Part shown: positions 1 to 13,300 of the stretch, in pieces
Numbering within the stretch: the stretch's first letter is position 1
Layout of the letters: every line of letters begins with the position of its first letter
From: Balanoglossus misakiensis
Taxonomy: Eukaryota > Animalia > Hemichordata
DNA: 64,000 bases
Assembly: GCA_040954595.2 (NCBI GenBank)
Contig: CM082589.2
Location: 3,300,213-3,364,212 of the forward strand
Direction: 5' to 3'
The notes under the pieces: model-generated
What the model saw: the letters and a program-made list of their open reading frames with translations, nothing else
Told to the model about the DNA's origin: nothing
Databases searched by the model: none
Made by a program: the position numbers and the translations under genes

Positions 1-686
1 AGGTGCACGAACAGATGGGATTGGTCAGCAAGTAATTTGTCTGTACCAAACGTGGATCGTTCATAAAGACAGATAATTTCACCAGCAGCCAAAGGTACGT
101 TTGTCATGTTACATATTTATTTGAACAATCACAAGTACTGTTGCAACCCAGATATATTTTTACCAAAGCATGGTATATGTAAAATAACACCACTTTAAAA
201 CGAAAAAAACAATTAATTCTTCTCCATATCAATGTTGCATCTCGAAAGTGGTAATCGCTAATTGCTGTCCCTTTTGTTCCTTACATTATAGGTTTAGTCC
301 TGGCAACTTTCATGTGATAATTGAAGACAATTCGATTTGCTGTAGATGTGGTTCTTCATCATCACTTGCGAAGAACAATAAGTACTTATGATGGCGACTG
401 ACAACGTACTGTTTAGTTGAACTGTCAGCGGAGTGTTGGGGTCTCAACATATAGTCACCTTTATCTGGACATACAAGCTTCAAGTACTATTACGTCCACC
501 AATGCCTCTTATATGTTTACATTCATTGTAACATTTTTGTCACTTGACCATTCAGCATCCTATTTACCTAGTATATAAGTCATTCTACATGTATTTCTCA
601 AACTTTTACGGATGTCTTGAATAAGTTTTGATAAAGTCCTCTGAATATAAACCACAATTCTACAAGTTTTGACACAAAATTTATCA

Positions 687-692
687 TTTATT
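687..692 (-). terminator. Candidate polyadenylation signal (AATAAA) for the C8orf74-like mRNA
   Basis: tttatt on the + strand in the AT-rich region about 1.1 kb past the stop codon; another candidate is at 116-121. Confidence 0.35.
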
Positions 693-1801
693 ATTAACAG
701 AAAAAACATGATAAATTTACATTTAATGTACAACCACCATAGTTACACAAGCGAATAAGCAGTGCCATAAGAAAAGATATCTGTTCTGACTACAATCTGC
801 TCAAGATGTATATTTACATAATATTTACATGAAAAAATAGAGTAAAAATGCAAAATCTGACAATACAGTAAATTCTGTTGAAATAGTGAAATATCAAGTC
901 TAGCCATGGTCAAATCAAAGTGAATGCTATGTGAAAAACTCTGCACTTGCAGCATTCTACAGAAGTTATAGTGTGAGCTATAGAGGGCGCCCGTCAGCCA
1001 TCAAAATATTTGAAGTGTTGCCACTTTTCTGTATACTGCACACAATTCTCCGTACAATTTTCAATTTAACTTTCAACATAAGATTATTGCAACATTATCA
1101 TACTTCTTGCCAGATGAACTGGTTTCCCCCTATCCAACTGGATCTGTCCACAATATATGGCCACTGTATTTCTTCCCTCTGTTACACGTCACCTGTAAGA
1201 GTTTTAACAAGTTTTCTACTTGAGGGTATTCATGGATGACGAACACACTCACTGCATGCAAACTCAAAATAAACACACTCACATGCCGACTGGGGCCAGG
1301 ACAGGGAGGGATGGCGTTCTCTCTGAAAACCAGCATGCACACCAATGAAGAATCTTACCACCCTCTGATTATAATAAATTCCACTGTTTTCAATGGTTGG
1401 AAGAGTCAAACAGAAACTAAGACAGTCAAACATGCAATCAAACATGCTCGGGAAAATGGTTCTTCGTATCTGGCTGTTTATAAGCCGCCACTGCATTGAA
1501 TAACACCACCACCCCTGCCCCACAAATCCAAGCAAAACCAGAGCAACACATTCCAATTGTTTAGGTGGACCATACCACTGGGTAGAAGGGATGAGCAGGA
1601 TAAGTATGACTTCAGACAGCATGTTGGTCAGTGATGAGGTAGGTCAAAGGTCACCCAAGGAAATGTAAGTGTCATCATGGCTAGAGATACCATGAGAAGT
1701 TGAGAACAAGTCAGAAGACAGCAACCACGCTTCACAAGACAGGACACGAGATATAGCAGTCATAGTGTCAAGTAGCAGAGAGTTCATTGTGCATCGTTGC
1801 G

Positions 1802-3415
1802 TTAGGATTTAGGCGTCTTTCCTCGTTGCGATGATTTGGACTGTGCCCTGGACTTACTTCCCGGCTGTTCCGCTTTCTTGCCACTGCCAGCGCTCTGCTG
1901 ACTCTTGGCTGAGCTCTTTGGAGGCGACTTGATCCTGGTTGGGGGTCCCAGAGTGGCCGGTCTCGGCAGCGCTGTTTTCTCAAACAGGAAGTCCAATGTG
2001 TCGTGTCTCTCTTGGATCTTGGTTTCCAGCGTTTTTTGTGTGTACGTGATGTGTGCCTTTGCTACCTCGTCAATCAACTCAGAGAGTTCCTGGATGGAAC
2101 AATGACAAAAAAGAAAAGCACACATGTTACTGATACCCAGGCCACTGTCTACTGCGATAATCTATGCAGTTTTACCACACAATATCTATGCTCTCGCTGT
2201 AGGGTTGGGGTCATTCGGCCTGCTTAACAATTTGTTCAAACCAAATTGAAAAAATTACTAACATATCTGTTCATTTCTTGTTGTGAATAGTTCTTCCCAT
2301 GTTGCTGGGATTGTTCACTTTTTTATCATAAAATCAAAACATTCAGAATGTCATCTTCTTACCTTCTTACTGAGTGGTTCCTCAGGGTCACAGTCTTTGT
2401 AGGGTGCTTCCAAGACCTCATCTTTGACATTCACCAGATCCTGTTTGTACTGGCTCAGATCTTCGGTCCGGAGCGCCTCCTTCTCCTCCAGTTCCTTGAC
2501 TTTCTGTCCGTAATCCCAGACGGCAAACTCCTTCCCTTTCTTGAAGGGCATCGGCTCTGGCGGGGTGTAGACGTGCAGTTTGTGGACGGAGGTCATGTTT
2601 TCCTGTTCTTGGGTGGCTACAAACTGGTATAGCTTGTAGTGTTGCATGAATGTACTGAAGAAGTGTTGGGTGAAAGTCTTCACATTGTTTTCGCTGACAA
2701 CGTCTGCTAATTGGAGGGCCTTGTTTCTGTACAGCCTGATGGCGTCTGTGATTGGTAGACCTGGAAGATGATTTTTGCATATGCAAAATTGACATGAAAT
2801 TTACACATATAGCTCTTTTTATACTATTACAGTATATTAGTATAGGGAATAATTACTTTTGTACAGCCGTGCAAATTTACCTGTAGTTTCAGCTTGTAAT
2901 TCCATGGCAAATTGAAAAACAGCGCAGACGTCTTTCCATGGAAACCCTTTCTTGATGGCTGTCATAAGGTTGTCATAGAGATAGTCTAAGACGATTGAGG
3001 CTGTGAAATCGACATCTTCATCAAACTCTTCGAGGTTCCAGTGTAGATACTTGGCTAACTGAAGTCTACCAGCAGATTTCTGTAAATAGCATGAAAAATT
3101 GGTTCTCTCAAAGCAACTCGTTTATTGAAGTGGGCAAGATATAACTCTGTAGACTGTAGTTACAACTGCGCTCGTGAACATAAACAAACACCAAGCTTGA
3201 CTTGACACTGAGGTGTACGAGTTGACGTTGACGTTTGCGATTGTGTAGAGTCTAAAATACCAAATCTTTGCCAGTTCAACCGTTGCATAGTTGCCTACGA
3301 TTAGGAAGTTGGTTTCGAATCGGTTATTATCCGTTAAACCTCAGAGAAAACAGTAACTTACCGGCAGCTCCGAAATTTGCTTGGCCTGATCAACCTCCAG
3401 CACAATGTCCGCCAT
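1802..3415 (-). CDS. C8orf74: C8orf74-like protein (CABCOCO1/C1a-32-related family, cilia-associated), 4 exons: 3362-3415, 2881-3079, 2363-2760, 1802-2089; 312 aa
   Basis: Exons join in phase at canonical GT-AG sites (939 nt including TAA). The translation MADIVLEVDQAKQISELP/KSAGRLQLAKYLHWNLEEFDEDVDF...IVLDYLYD...KGFPW...FFSTFMQHYKLYQFV...VYTPPEPMP matches remembered human C8orf74 motifs (LNWEEFDE, LLDTLYE, KGFPW, FIRHYKLYQYV, PPHPLP) and has the same basic C-terminal tail. Confidence 0.92.
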
Positions 3416-3435
3416 CTTGGCGTTGTTGCTATGAC
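3411..3435 (-). promoter_or_regulatory. C8orf74 proximal promoter: YY1-type AAGATGGCG overlapping the ATG and an RFX X-box half-site (GTTGCTATG)
   Basis: gccatcttgg at 3411-3420 and gttgctatgac at 3425-3435, inside a CpG-rich patch (about 3360-3545); a further ccatggcaac is at 3704-3713. Confidence 0.45.
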
Positions 3436-3720
3436 TGCCGTGCGCGTCGCTGTTTCAATCAGCGCCCGCAACGCTTGGGCGCTCAGCTGGGAGAGCACGC
3501 ACGCACACACCACGGTCATTAGAACCGCTCCTACTTTATAACCGCTGCTTTTTTATTTTAGGCTACCCTCTCTACGTCAAAAAAGAAATTGCCCTTCTTC
3601 TAGTTTCAGTAGTTTCCTTACAATATAGCATACCTACTATTGTGCATCACTAAATGATTAGACAGTGTGTATTTCCCTCAGAAGTAACTTGCAATAATAA
3701 ATCCCATGGCAACCAACCAA

Positions 3721-3774
3721 CACACACACACACAAACTCAACATGCAGAATATGTAAATACAATTAAATTTATT
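3721..3774 (-). terminator. Polyadenylation signal of the RP1-like gene with a downstream GU-rich element
   Basis: tttatt (AATAAA on minus) at 3769-3774, followed on the minus strand by GTTTGTGTGTGTGTG (3721-3737). This implies a ~2.1 kb AT-rich 3' UTR. Confidence 0.6.
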
Positions 3775-4875
3775 GTGATATGTACACTTTTAAACCAACA
3801 ACCAATTTTCAACAAAAATGTCAGGAGAAACTTGCAGATTCATACAATATACACCAGAGGCAAAACTGCACAGTAGCCTTTCAACCATCATTGAGAAAAT
3901 TATTACAATTTATTTACAATGCTACATCTACAGTAAGGTATTACAAATATCATTGTCACTTAACATAATCTTATTCTACGCTTTATATGCCCTTAAATTA
4001 ATATAACATTTCTAAATCATGTTCATCTTAAATCTTATCAAATTTATGGAAAAAACAACATATTTGATATGTTCGCATTGCTCCATTTTTAGTATAAAGG
4101 TGATCAAATCTAGACTAAAGGTTTACAAGTGTGCAATGTATTCATTGCATGTGTAGGCATCAATGTGAAAAATTCTTAACCATAATGTATACTAGTACTT
4201 ACACTTTGTACGAATATTTACAAGGTTCCTATTATTTGAATACTACCACAGGAAAAAGAGGACGGTATCAGAAAAGTTTAATCAATGATTGTATATGCAT
4301 GATTGTAGTCAGTGGTGTGGTGGGTCCAAATAGAATATTCTAATAAAAGGAATAGTACAATATATGGTAGTACTCTAAACTTATATACCTGTATGGGAGG
4401 GGTGTGTGTAAATAAACCCTGAACAATACTTTGTATGAGGGAGTAGACATTTAAAAGGAGATTACTACAAACATGAAGTTTGCTGCATAAAATTTATAGA
4501 GTTTTGTATTTCCAAAGAGATCGTCAGGGAGATAAGAATATCTCCATAATCGTTTCGTAAGGACCTGTTAGTTTCTTTATATCAATAAATCTAGTACGAA
4601 ATTTTAAAATTCTATGTTTCTCTTACATTCAAAGTTACTTTTTGATTGTACTTTTGCAACAAATACCAAAAGTTGGGGAAGCAACTTTTGGAAAGGTTAA
4701 TACCTTTGTTTTCTAAGTTAAGTAAATCTCTCAATATTTTTTTAAATATTCACCTGAAAATTTACAATTTGGTTAGTGGGTTATTTCATTATAGGTAAAC
4801 CAAATTCATCGAGTGAGTTGAAGTATTAGATATACAGTAGAATGTGTATAAACACTTAAAAGCAGACTAATATTT

Positions 4876-5072
4876 TGACAATAGACTTTTGCATCTATGA
4901 CAATAAACTACACTATAGACTTTGGCACTAAAAGAATATTACTGTACATTTTTGGCATCTAAAACTGACAATAGACTTTTACGTGTAAATCTTACTATAG
5001 ACTTTGGCATCTACAAGTATCTATAACACACTTTGGCATATACAATTTACAATAGTTTATAGACTTTGCTAT
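4876..5072. repeat. Degenerate minisatellite (core ATAGACTTTGGCATCTA, about 7 copies at ~30-35 bp spacing) in the RP1-like 3' UTR
   Basis: Recurring units aatagacttttgcatcta, tatagactttggcacta, tatagactttggcatcta and tatagactttgcta. Confidence 0.7.
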
Positions 5073-5747
5073 CAAATTTATTTCACAATGGACATCGTAC
5101 GTGTCTTTGTCACATTCTTAACACGCGATACTTGTCTTATTTTATATCAAAATTAAAATGCATGCTGCAAGCAGAATAAGTATTGGTATTATACCATTTT
5201 CAATTCCCTATCACCAATAATTTCACATATTAAAAAGTTTCCTTAATGTACATGTAATTTACATTGAGTATTTGAACAATATATACACATACTGTTTTTA
5301 CAGGACAACAATGAAATTTTCCAGTACTGCAAAAGTCAAAAAGGCCTCACCATTTAATTGCCTATCATTGCAATCTGTCGTGAATGGGACAGACAAGTAT
5401 CAATATTCAGTGATAGAAGGGAAAACCTGTCTTGTGACGTCTAAAAATATTATTTCCGTTTCCTTGCCTTCCTGAATATATAAAGATCTGGAAGTACATT
5501 TTCGTGTACGATCTGCTTCTACCTGAGCTATTACAATCAAACATTATCACTAATAATGAAAAGACAACTAACGTTTACTTTTTTCTTGTAAGATTAAATT
5601 ACTTACTATAAAAATATTGTAGACGACACATACATATATGAAGTGATTTTTTTAATGCTGATATGCTGAAGGTTTCTGCTTTCAACCTGCAGCATTTAAT
5701 GCAAATGAAGTATTGTCAAACATTGCATAGTTGCATGTTTTTGTCTA

Positions 5748-5838
5748 CTAACCCTTTCACCCCTGTTTCCCTATAGAGGTCCACTTCTACCATAGACAAC
5801 AGTGAATTTGGACCAAACCATAGTAGTGAAAGGGGTAA
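5748..5838 (+). mobile_element. ~90-bp MITE, piggyBac-type ends (TTAA-CCCTTTCACC...GGTGAAAGGG-TTAA consensus), full-length copy in the RP1-like 3' UTR
   Basis: ctaaccctttcacccc...gtagtgaaaggggtaa; colinear with the copies at 32878 and 60335. Confidence 0.7.
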
Positions 5839-5865
5839 TTTTGTCTATGCTTCAGTTCTCTAGTT

Positions 5866-7315
5866 CTACGAGTCATTTGCATCTGGATTGTCTGTTTCTG
5901 CTTTATCATCATCTTCATCTTTCTTCGCTTCTTCATCATTATCATCCTTTTTCTCTTCTTCATCCTTCTCTCCATCATCACCACCCTTGTCCTGTCCATC
6001 CTCCTCCTCTTCATTACCGTTGTTGTTATTATTATTTTCATTAGGATTCTCCTCTGCTGCCTCATCTGCCTTCTCGTCTGTTCCTCCCTCATCATCTATC
6101 TTGTCATCCTTCTCCTCCGCATCTTCTGGCTTGTCCTCTTCATCCTCATTATTGTTGTTATTGTTTGCATTTGGATTTTCACCTTCTGCTTCATCAGTTT
6201 TGGCATCTTCTTTGTCACCACCATCATCCTTGCTTTCATCTTCCTTGTTTTTCTCGCCTTCATCAACATTTTCATCTTTAACATCCTCACCACCATCATC
6301 CTTATTTTCATCTTCCTTATCCGTCTTGCTACCATCATCCTTTTCTTCATCTTTTCCTTCATCACCAATATCATCCTTATTTTCATCTTCCTTAACTTTC
6401 TCGCCTCCATCATCTTTTGCATCATCACCATCATCCTTACTTTCATCTTCCTTATCTTTCTCGCCTTCATCAACATTTTCATCTTTTCCAACATCACCAC
6501 CATCATCCTTGTTTTCATCTTCCTTATCCGTTTTGCTTCCATCATCCTTTTCTTCATCTTTTCCTTCGTCACCAATATCATCCTTATTTTCATCTTCCTT
6601 AACTTTCTCGCCTCCATCATCTTTTGCATCATCACCAATATCAACCTTATTTTCATCCTCCTTATCTGTTTTGCCTTCATCTTCTTTTCCATCATCTCCA
6701 CTTCCATTCTTATTTTCATCTTCATTGTCTGCCTTGCTTACATCATCCTTTTCATCATCACCGCCATCCTTACTTTCATCTTCCTCATCTTTCTTGTCTC
6801 CATCAACCTCCTCATCTTTTCCATCATCATCATCACCACCACCACCACCATCTTTATTTTCATCTTCCTTATCATTGACGCCTGCAACAGCCTTTTCATC
6901 TTTTCCATCATCATCATCATCTTCATTCCCATCTGTTCCCGTTTCATCTTTCTTCTCCTCCTCCTCTTTTCCATCTACCTGATCGGCATCAGAGGACTTG
7001 TTTTGTCCATCATCATCACCACTATTCCCATCCATCTTTTCTCCGGGCTCTGCAGCACCGTCTTGAGATTTCTCCTCTATTGGTGACCCATTTACATCTG
7101 ATGCCAATGGATTTTCTACTTCCGCTATATCATCATCATTATTGTTGTTATTGTTGTTGTTATTATTATTGTTGTTGTTGTTCTCATTCGGATTGTCTTC
7201 ACCGTCTGCATCATCTTGTGGTGTCTCATCTGCAGGTTCTTCCCCATCACCACCAGGGGGCAGTATTTCCAATTCTCGTTCTGTTTTACGGTCATCTTCA
7301 TCTTCAGCAAGCCAC
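5866..7315 (-). CDS. RP1-like terminal exon: end of PLAT34 plus an ~460-aa Asp/Glu/Lys/Gly-rich disordered tail
   Basis: Acceptor catcag at 7316-7321, phase 2 ([19 protein letters not shown]), then an open frame to TAG at 5866. Confidence 0.88.
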
Positions 7316-10300
7316 CTGATGAGAAAACAGAGAAATGAGTAACGTGTCAAATGAAAAAGAACCTATCAAGACAGTTAACTTAACAATAGTAAGATTTCAC
7401 AGGCAGGAAAATGTGAAGGACGTCAACATTTCTCTTGAACCGACCTGTTACAAGGAAAGACATGCTCTTCTGTTGCATCAGCTGATTCCTTGACGACGAT
7501 TTTGTCTAGATACCACCCAGACCCTTCACCTTGACCTCCATGACCAACTGTGACCTTCTGTAGGGCGCCCAGGGACACTGCTTCTATGAGGAACGTGTCG
7601 ACCTGTGGGAAGAAGATACATGTTTTTAGGTGTCAATATTAAGATATATTAAAGTGAGCAATAACAAAATCCTGCTGAAAATGTATTCTGTCCTAAGACC
7701 TTAGTACATGTACACTGACTTTCGAAAATGGACTGAAAACTTAGTCATCTTCAATCAAAACAAAATGGCAACAATCTCACACTTACCTTTTCCGTTTCGA
7801 ATTTATCAGTTCCTTCAAGGTTTTTCCGGAGTTCTCGTTTTCCGGTGTCGCCCTTCTCCCCGTGTATATTGAGGTACACATCAGAGTTGGTACCAGAAGC
7901 AAATTTGTCACCAGTATGAACTTGAACTTGGTACGTCATCACTGTGTATCATATAAACATCAACATATTATTGAAAATTGTCTAATATTAATTATATTGA
8001 TTTAAATATCTGAAAATCAGGGTTAAAGTCACTCTATATTACAGGACTTTTCACATTCGTTTCCAACTATTTTTCTAATCATTTTTATTTTTTTTAATAC
8101 AACTTCTATGACTCTCACCTTCAGCTGGTTCCTCCCCTTCATGAATGGCTGGTAATTCTCTGACAATTTCTTCATCCTCCTGTTCCCTTGACAACCACTT
8201 CTCGCCAGGGAATGTCACTTCACTTTTTGTCATTTTGTCAACGAGCACAATCTGAAAGAAAACCATGAATTACAAAGGCATGATTAGCAGTGTTCAATTC
8301 TATTTTTTGTGCTTTGATTTTGAACTGGAGGCATCTAGATCTTACCTTGTCAAGGTACCATGCTGGACTGTCTCCGTTGTTGTCATGAGACACTCGAACT
8401 TTGTAGAGTTTACCGATGTTGTTAACATGAATCTATCGATTAAAGAAATGGGAAGAAATGTCACAATTAAAAGAAATGTACTGTGGTGCATATATATTTG
8501 CAGTCACAAAGACAGTGCAAGTACACGTTACATATGAAGGTGAAAAATGAAGCCTAAATGAACTTACATCAAATTCATCAGTTGATCCTTGTTGAAGTTT
8601 GTCGCCATTGTCACAGATCAACGGGATTTCATCTGACTTGTCCACATCGCCATACACCACAATAGTGACATTGGCAGTTGTACCAGCATTCTCTTCATCT
8701 TTGGTCGTCACCAACACTTTGTAATCACCCTCTGAAACACGTCAGATCAAACAGGATTTGAAGTCAATGAACACAGAGAGACATGATTTGGCATGATGTC
8801 ACTCCAATACTGTACTTCCGTACACAAGATTCTTAATGTGTGAATTGATTTCAGTTATTACCTATGGGATCTGGCACGTCTTCACTGGCTATCAGTTCCC
8901 TTTCGGTCAACTTGTCGCCTTCTGCGTCAGACAACCACTGGTCGCATATAAATGCCCATGATGCACGAGACTCCATGTTTACGATCACAGCTTTGTCCAA
9001 GAACCATCCACCTTCTATAAACGATAGAACAGTTTTAATACAGATGTATATAAGAAGTGCATCTGGCAAACGTTCCTGTTGTTAATTGGGTTCAAAGTAT
9101 ATAATTTGACATACCTGATTCAACACCATCATGGCCGATAACAGCTTTGGTGAGGTCTCCAAGATCTACAGCTTCAAGCACAAATTTCTTCGTCTAAAGA
9201 GAAAAAAATAAATTCATTTCAATATTCATATTTTATTCTTAAAGGGTAACAGGTCCACAAGTCTTTTTTGCTCCAAGGCACACATACATATATGGGTGCT
9301 AGTGTAACTATAGAAAGAGTGGGGTATATCGCACCAAAATCCTAATCAACACATACCTTTCCTCGAGGAAATTTCTGATCCTTTTCTTTCTTTTCCGCAT
9401 CCTCCCCCTCATTCTCATCCCCTGCCTTCTCCTCTTCCCCGAACGAGTACTCCTCTTCCGGCTTATCCAACTTCCGCTTTCCGGAGTCCCCATTCTCTCC
9501 GTACACAACGATGTAGACATTGGCATCTGTGCCGGCGTTTTCCACATCAGCTGTGTGGACTTTAACGGAATACGGTGTTGGCTGAAGCACTTTCTTCTCC
9601 GGCCAAATAGCTGGGATTTCTTTGGTGAGACTCTCGTCTTTGCCAAGCCAGCACTCTGCTTTGTAGCTGAACTCTTCCTTTGTGTGTACATCTTTAAATT
9701 TGATCTAATAAAAAGGAAAGGAAAATCTATTTGAAAACTGGGTGATTCTTCATTAAGATTTACTCGTAAACTTGTAGTTGAATAAGTAGAGACCCTACAA
9801 ATGATTTGCACTCTATCTCTTTCTCTCTCTCCTCTCCCCCTCTCTCTCTCTGGGTGTCTATCCCAGAAACTGCCAGTCTATCTGTCTCTCCTCTATGCCA
9901 ATACATCCAATGATATCAATCTTACCTTTTCTAGTAGCCAGGATGCATCTGCTTCTGAGTCATCAAGCTCAAGTCGAACCTTGTATATCAGACCAATTTT
10001 ACCTAGATTGATCTGTAATGAATAACATAGTATGAAAAGAAACCAATTATAGATACAGGACTTTTCCATAACTACATGTACACAGTATGTTGACAAACTT
10101 GTTCATTGTTGCTATATCTGATACAAGAAAGATATCCTAATAAATCACAAGTTTTCTTGCATAATAAACTATATCGTACAGAACAATCATAGTTGAATAC
10201 TTACATCCAATTCATCTGTCGTCCCTGGTTGGAATTTCTCTTCTTTGTCCTCCCCGAGCACCTTGGTTTCACTGACTCCATCAGATCCGTATGCAATCAG

Positions 10301-13300
10301 TGTTACTTTGGCCGTGGTGCCAGCATTTTCATCCTTCCCTGTTGTGACATACACCTTCCATTCTCCTTCTGGAAGCAATAAAATATTCCGGAAAAATTAA
10401 AATCATGATATTAACATCGTGCCTTCTACAGGTATGTGTTAATACCGGATATATCTGTCAGCAGTGACTGTATTGAGAAGAAAATCTAAACTCTTTTCAT
10501 TCCACACTATGGATATAATTGCAAACACAACTCTGTATCGTTTCAATGACTTTGCTGAACTTACGCGATTCCGGTGGTGTCTCCTCTTCAGGCAATGGTT
10601 CCGCTATCCTCTCACTTTCCTGTATCTCTAACATAGAAATCATTTCCTCTGAAGGACTGTCTGGGTCCTCTGCTCCGATCAACCTGTGGTGCCAACCAAC
10701 ACCATTCAGATTAATTCAAACATTAAGAAACAAGAGCTACTCACACCCAAGCAACACACAATTAAACGCAAAAAGTCAAATGAACGCTCAGAGACAATTA
10801 GGTAAAGTGTTTCTTACGATAAGCATGAGAATTCCGTCTCCTGTTGAGCTGCAATGCCTTCTTTGATGACCACTTTCTCCACAAACCACGGCTGACCTGG
10901 TGTCTTCCACAATAAAATTTGTTGGACTTTGCCAAGTGACACAGCTTCTATTGTGAATTCATCAACCTTTTCATAAAGAAACAAGATAATATATGTGAGA
11001 ATATACTGCAGTGTAACGGTACATCTGCCTGGTTATCCATAACTGTTGAAGTAAATGAATATACATACATTGAAAATAATCAATCCCAATGCAATCTAAA
11101 AATCAACAGCATACAAACCTTTCCTGGTTTATCAAAGGACTTTTCTTCACTGTTTGGTTTGCATAGAGCCCTCTTACCAGTATCGCCTCTCTCACCAAAT
11201 ATGGTAATGTACACATCGGAATCTGTTTCTGCTTTGTTGTCATCAGCTGTATACACAGTGACGAGGTATGGAATCACTGGTGAAAAAAACAGGAAAAGAA
11301 AAATTATTTATTACTTAATTATTTAGTTTATGCTTATTTGTGCCTTGCGTTGTCTGACAAACTTTACCAGGGCTTGTCATCATCTTTCGGGAACACGTTT
11401 GATGAAAAAAGACAGTGTAAAATTTTGCCTTACCTGGTAAAGGATCTTCATCATCTCTGATTGCCGGTAATTCTCTGACGAACACACAGTCATCCTCTGT
11501 CTTGGAGAACCACTTATTGACTTCAAATCGACACTCTGTCTCATCGTCTCTCAAGACTATATTACTGATGTGCAGTGCTGGTTGTTTCTTTTCTCCAGTG
11601 TCCTCGGAGTCTGGGTCGGCAGTCCCGGGGCGCTCCTCAAGCAAGACTCTGATTTTGTAGACTTGATGCAGCAGAGTGACTCCTGGGTTGAGCTGAAAGT
11701 TCAGGAAAGAAAAAATGCTATGACAATCAGGCAACCCGAACCCAGAATCTACCAGTAGATTAACACAAACTTTTCAAATTCAAAAACCACTTTTGATTAG
11801 CATGTTACAACTTTTTACCTCAAATTCATCTGTTTTTCCAGGTGTAAACATGTCCTCCTGACCATTATCCAATGTCATCCACTCTGACATATGCGAGTTG
11901 TTCCTCTCTCTCAGTTCGTAGGCTACCAGGTGTACCTTAGCACCATTCAAATTGCTCTCCTGATCTTTGCTTGTCTCAACAGAACACTGCCACTTGGCTG
12001 AAACATGAAGAAAGTATACATTAGTGAAACTGCATGGTTTCTGGTGGTTATCTCAAATATAAATTCTCATAATATCGACAAGTGCATTATATACATACTG
12101 CACTTATCCCATCTCACTGAATTTGTGAGAGCACTCTCACCCTTCTGATGTAAAGTATACCACATTACTTCCCTTCATTTTGCACTGACTAACAACTGCC
12201 TCTTTGACAAAACTATCACAATCCACTGCAGCCATCCATACCTTGTGGATAAAGTGTAATCAACGTATCTTCTTCCCCTAGCCACTGATTACACTCAAAC
12301 ACTATCTCTTTCGGATTGTCATCGATGGTGTATTTGATGACCACTTTCTCTGGGAACCATTTCTTGTCTGCGTCGTCCGAATCGATGCCGATGTAAATGT
12401 TCTCCAATATACCCAGGTCTACTGCCTCAAGTTTGAACGCATCCATCTGGGAATAAAAACATAAAATATTCAGTCACTAAACTTTCTTATTCTGTACTTT
12501 TGTCACTGAATACTTTGACCACTACGATTGCTGGTACACACAGAATTATTTATTCAAGTTGTGTTAAATTCAAATTCTAAAAATTACAAAATCTTCGATT
12601 TGTAATATTACTCACTTGTCCTGCTTGGAATTTTTGTTCATTCTCAGTGATACTGTTCTTCAGATCTCTTCTGCCAGTGTCACCTTTGCTGCCGTTGAGG
12701 AAGACGAATATATTGGCATCAGTTCCACTGTTCTCTTCACTGCTGGTGTAGACTTCTACTTCATATTGTATTGCTGAAATGAATCAATACGACACATTAA
12801 AATTAGTATAATAAGAAAGTACAGTACAATCACTTCTAATTCACATACTGTTGACAGGAAACCTTGAAAGATAATAACTGACTTACTTTGAAGTGGTTCT
12901 TCCCCTTCTCTTACTGCCCCTGCTTCTTTGCATACGGTGCCATCACCATCATCTTCACCGATCCAACAGTCAAACTCAAACTCTAGCATCTCACGAGTGT
13001 GAAGGTCTTCCATTTTCACCTGTAAACATCATTGCAATAATTATAAGAGATCAGTGAAAAATGTTAACATGATGCTTATAATAATCATCCCAGCACATAC
13101 ACCATATACCAAGTTGGTCTGTTAGCCATAATATATGTACGGTACCTGTAGAGTTCTGATATACACTCTGACATACCTTGTTAACTTTCCATCTTGCGTC
13201 AGGGTTGGTGTTGTCATGCAAAAGTCGGATTTTGGAGACTTTACCGATATTGCCAATGTTGATCTGAAAAACAACCAATGACAAGTTAGAAATTTGCTCA

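Noticed and set aside
1-340. Possible plus-strand exons (donor aaag|gtacgt near 95, acceptor ttatag near 291)
   Set aside because: All three frames hit stops within the first 80 nt and no recognisable protein results.
4876-5072. CRISPR-like repeat-spacer appearance
   Set aside because: The context is eukaryotic, the repeats are degenerate, the spacers are too short and there are no cas genes.
5787-7342. Ser-rich, His-rich and Met/Lys-rich ORFs (for example 5888-6982 +, 6096-6725 -)
   Set aside because: These are antisense or off-frame shadows of the low-complexity acidic exon.
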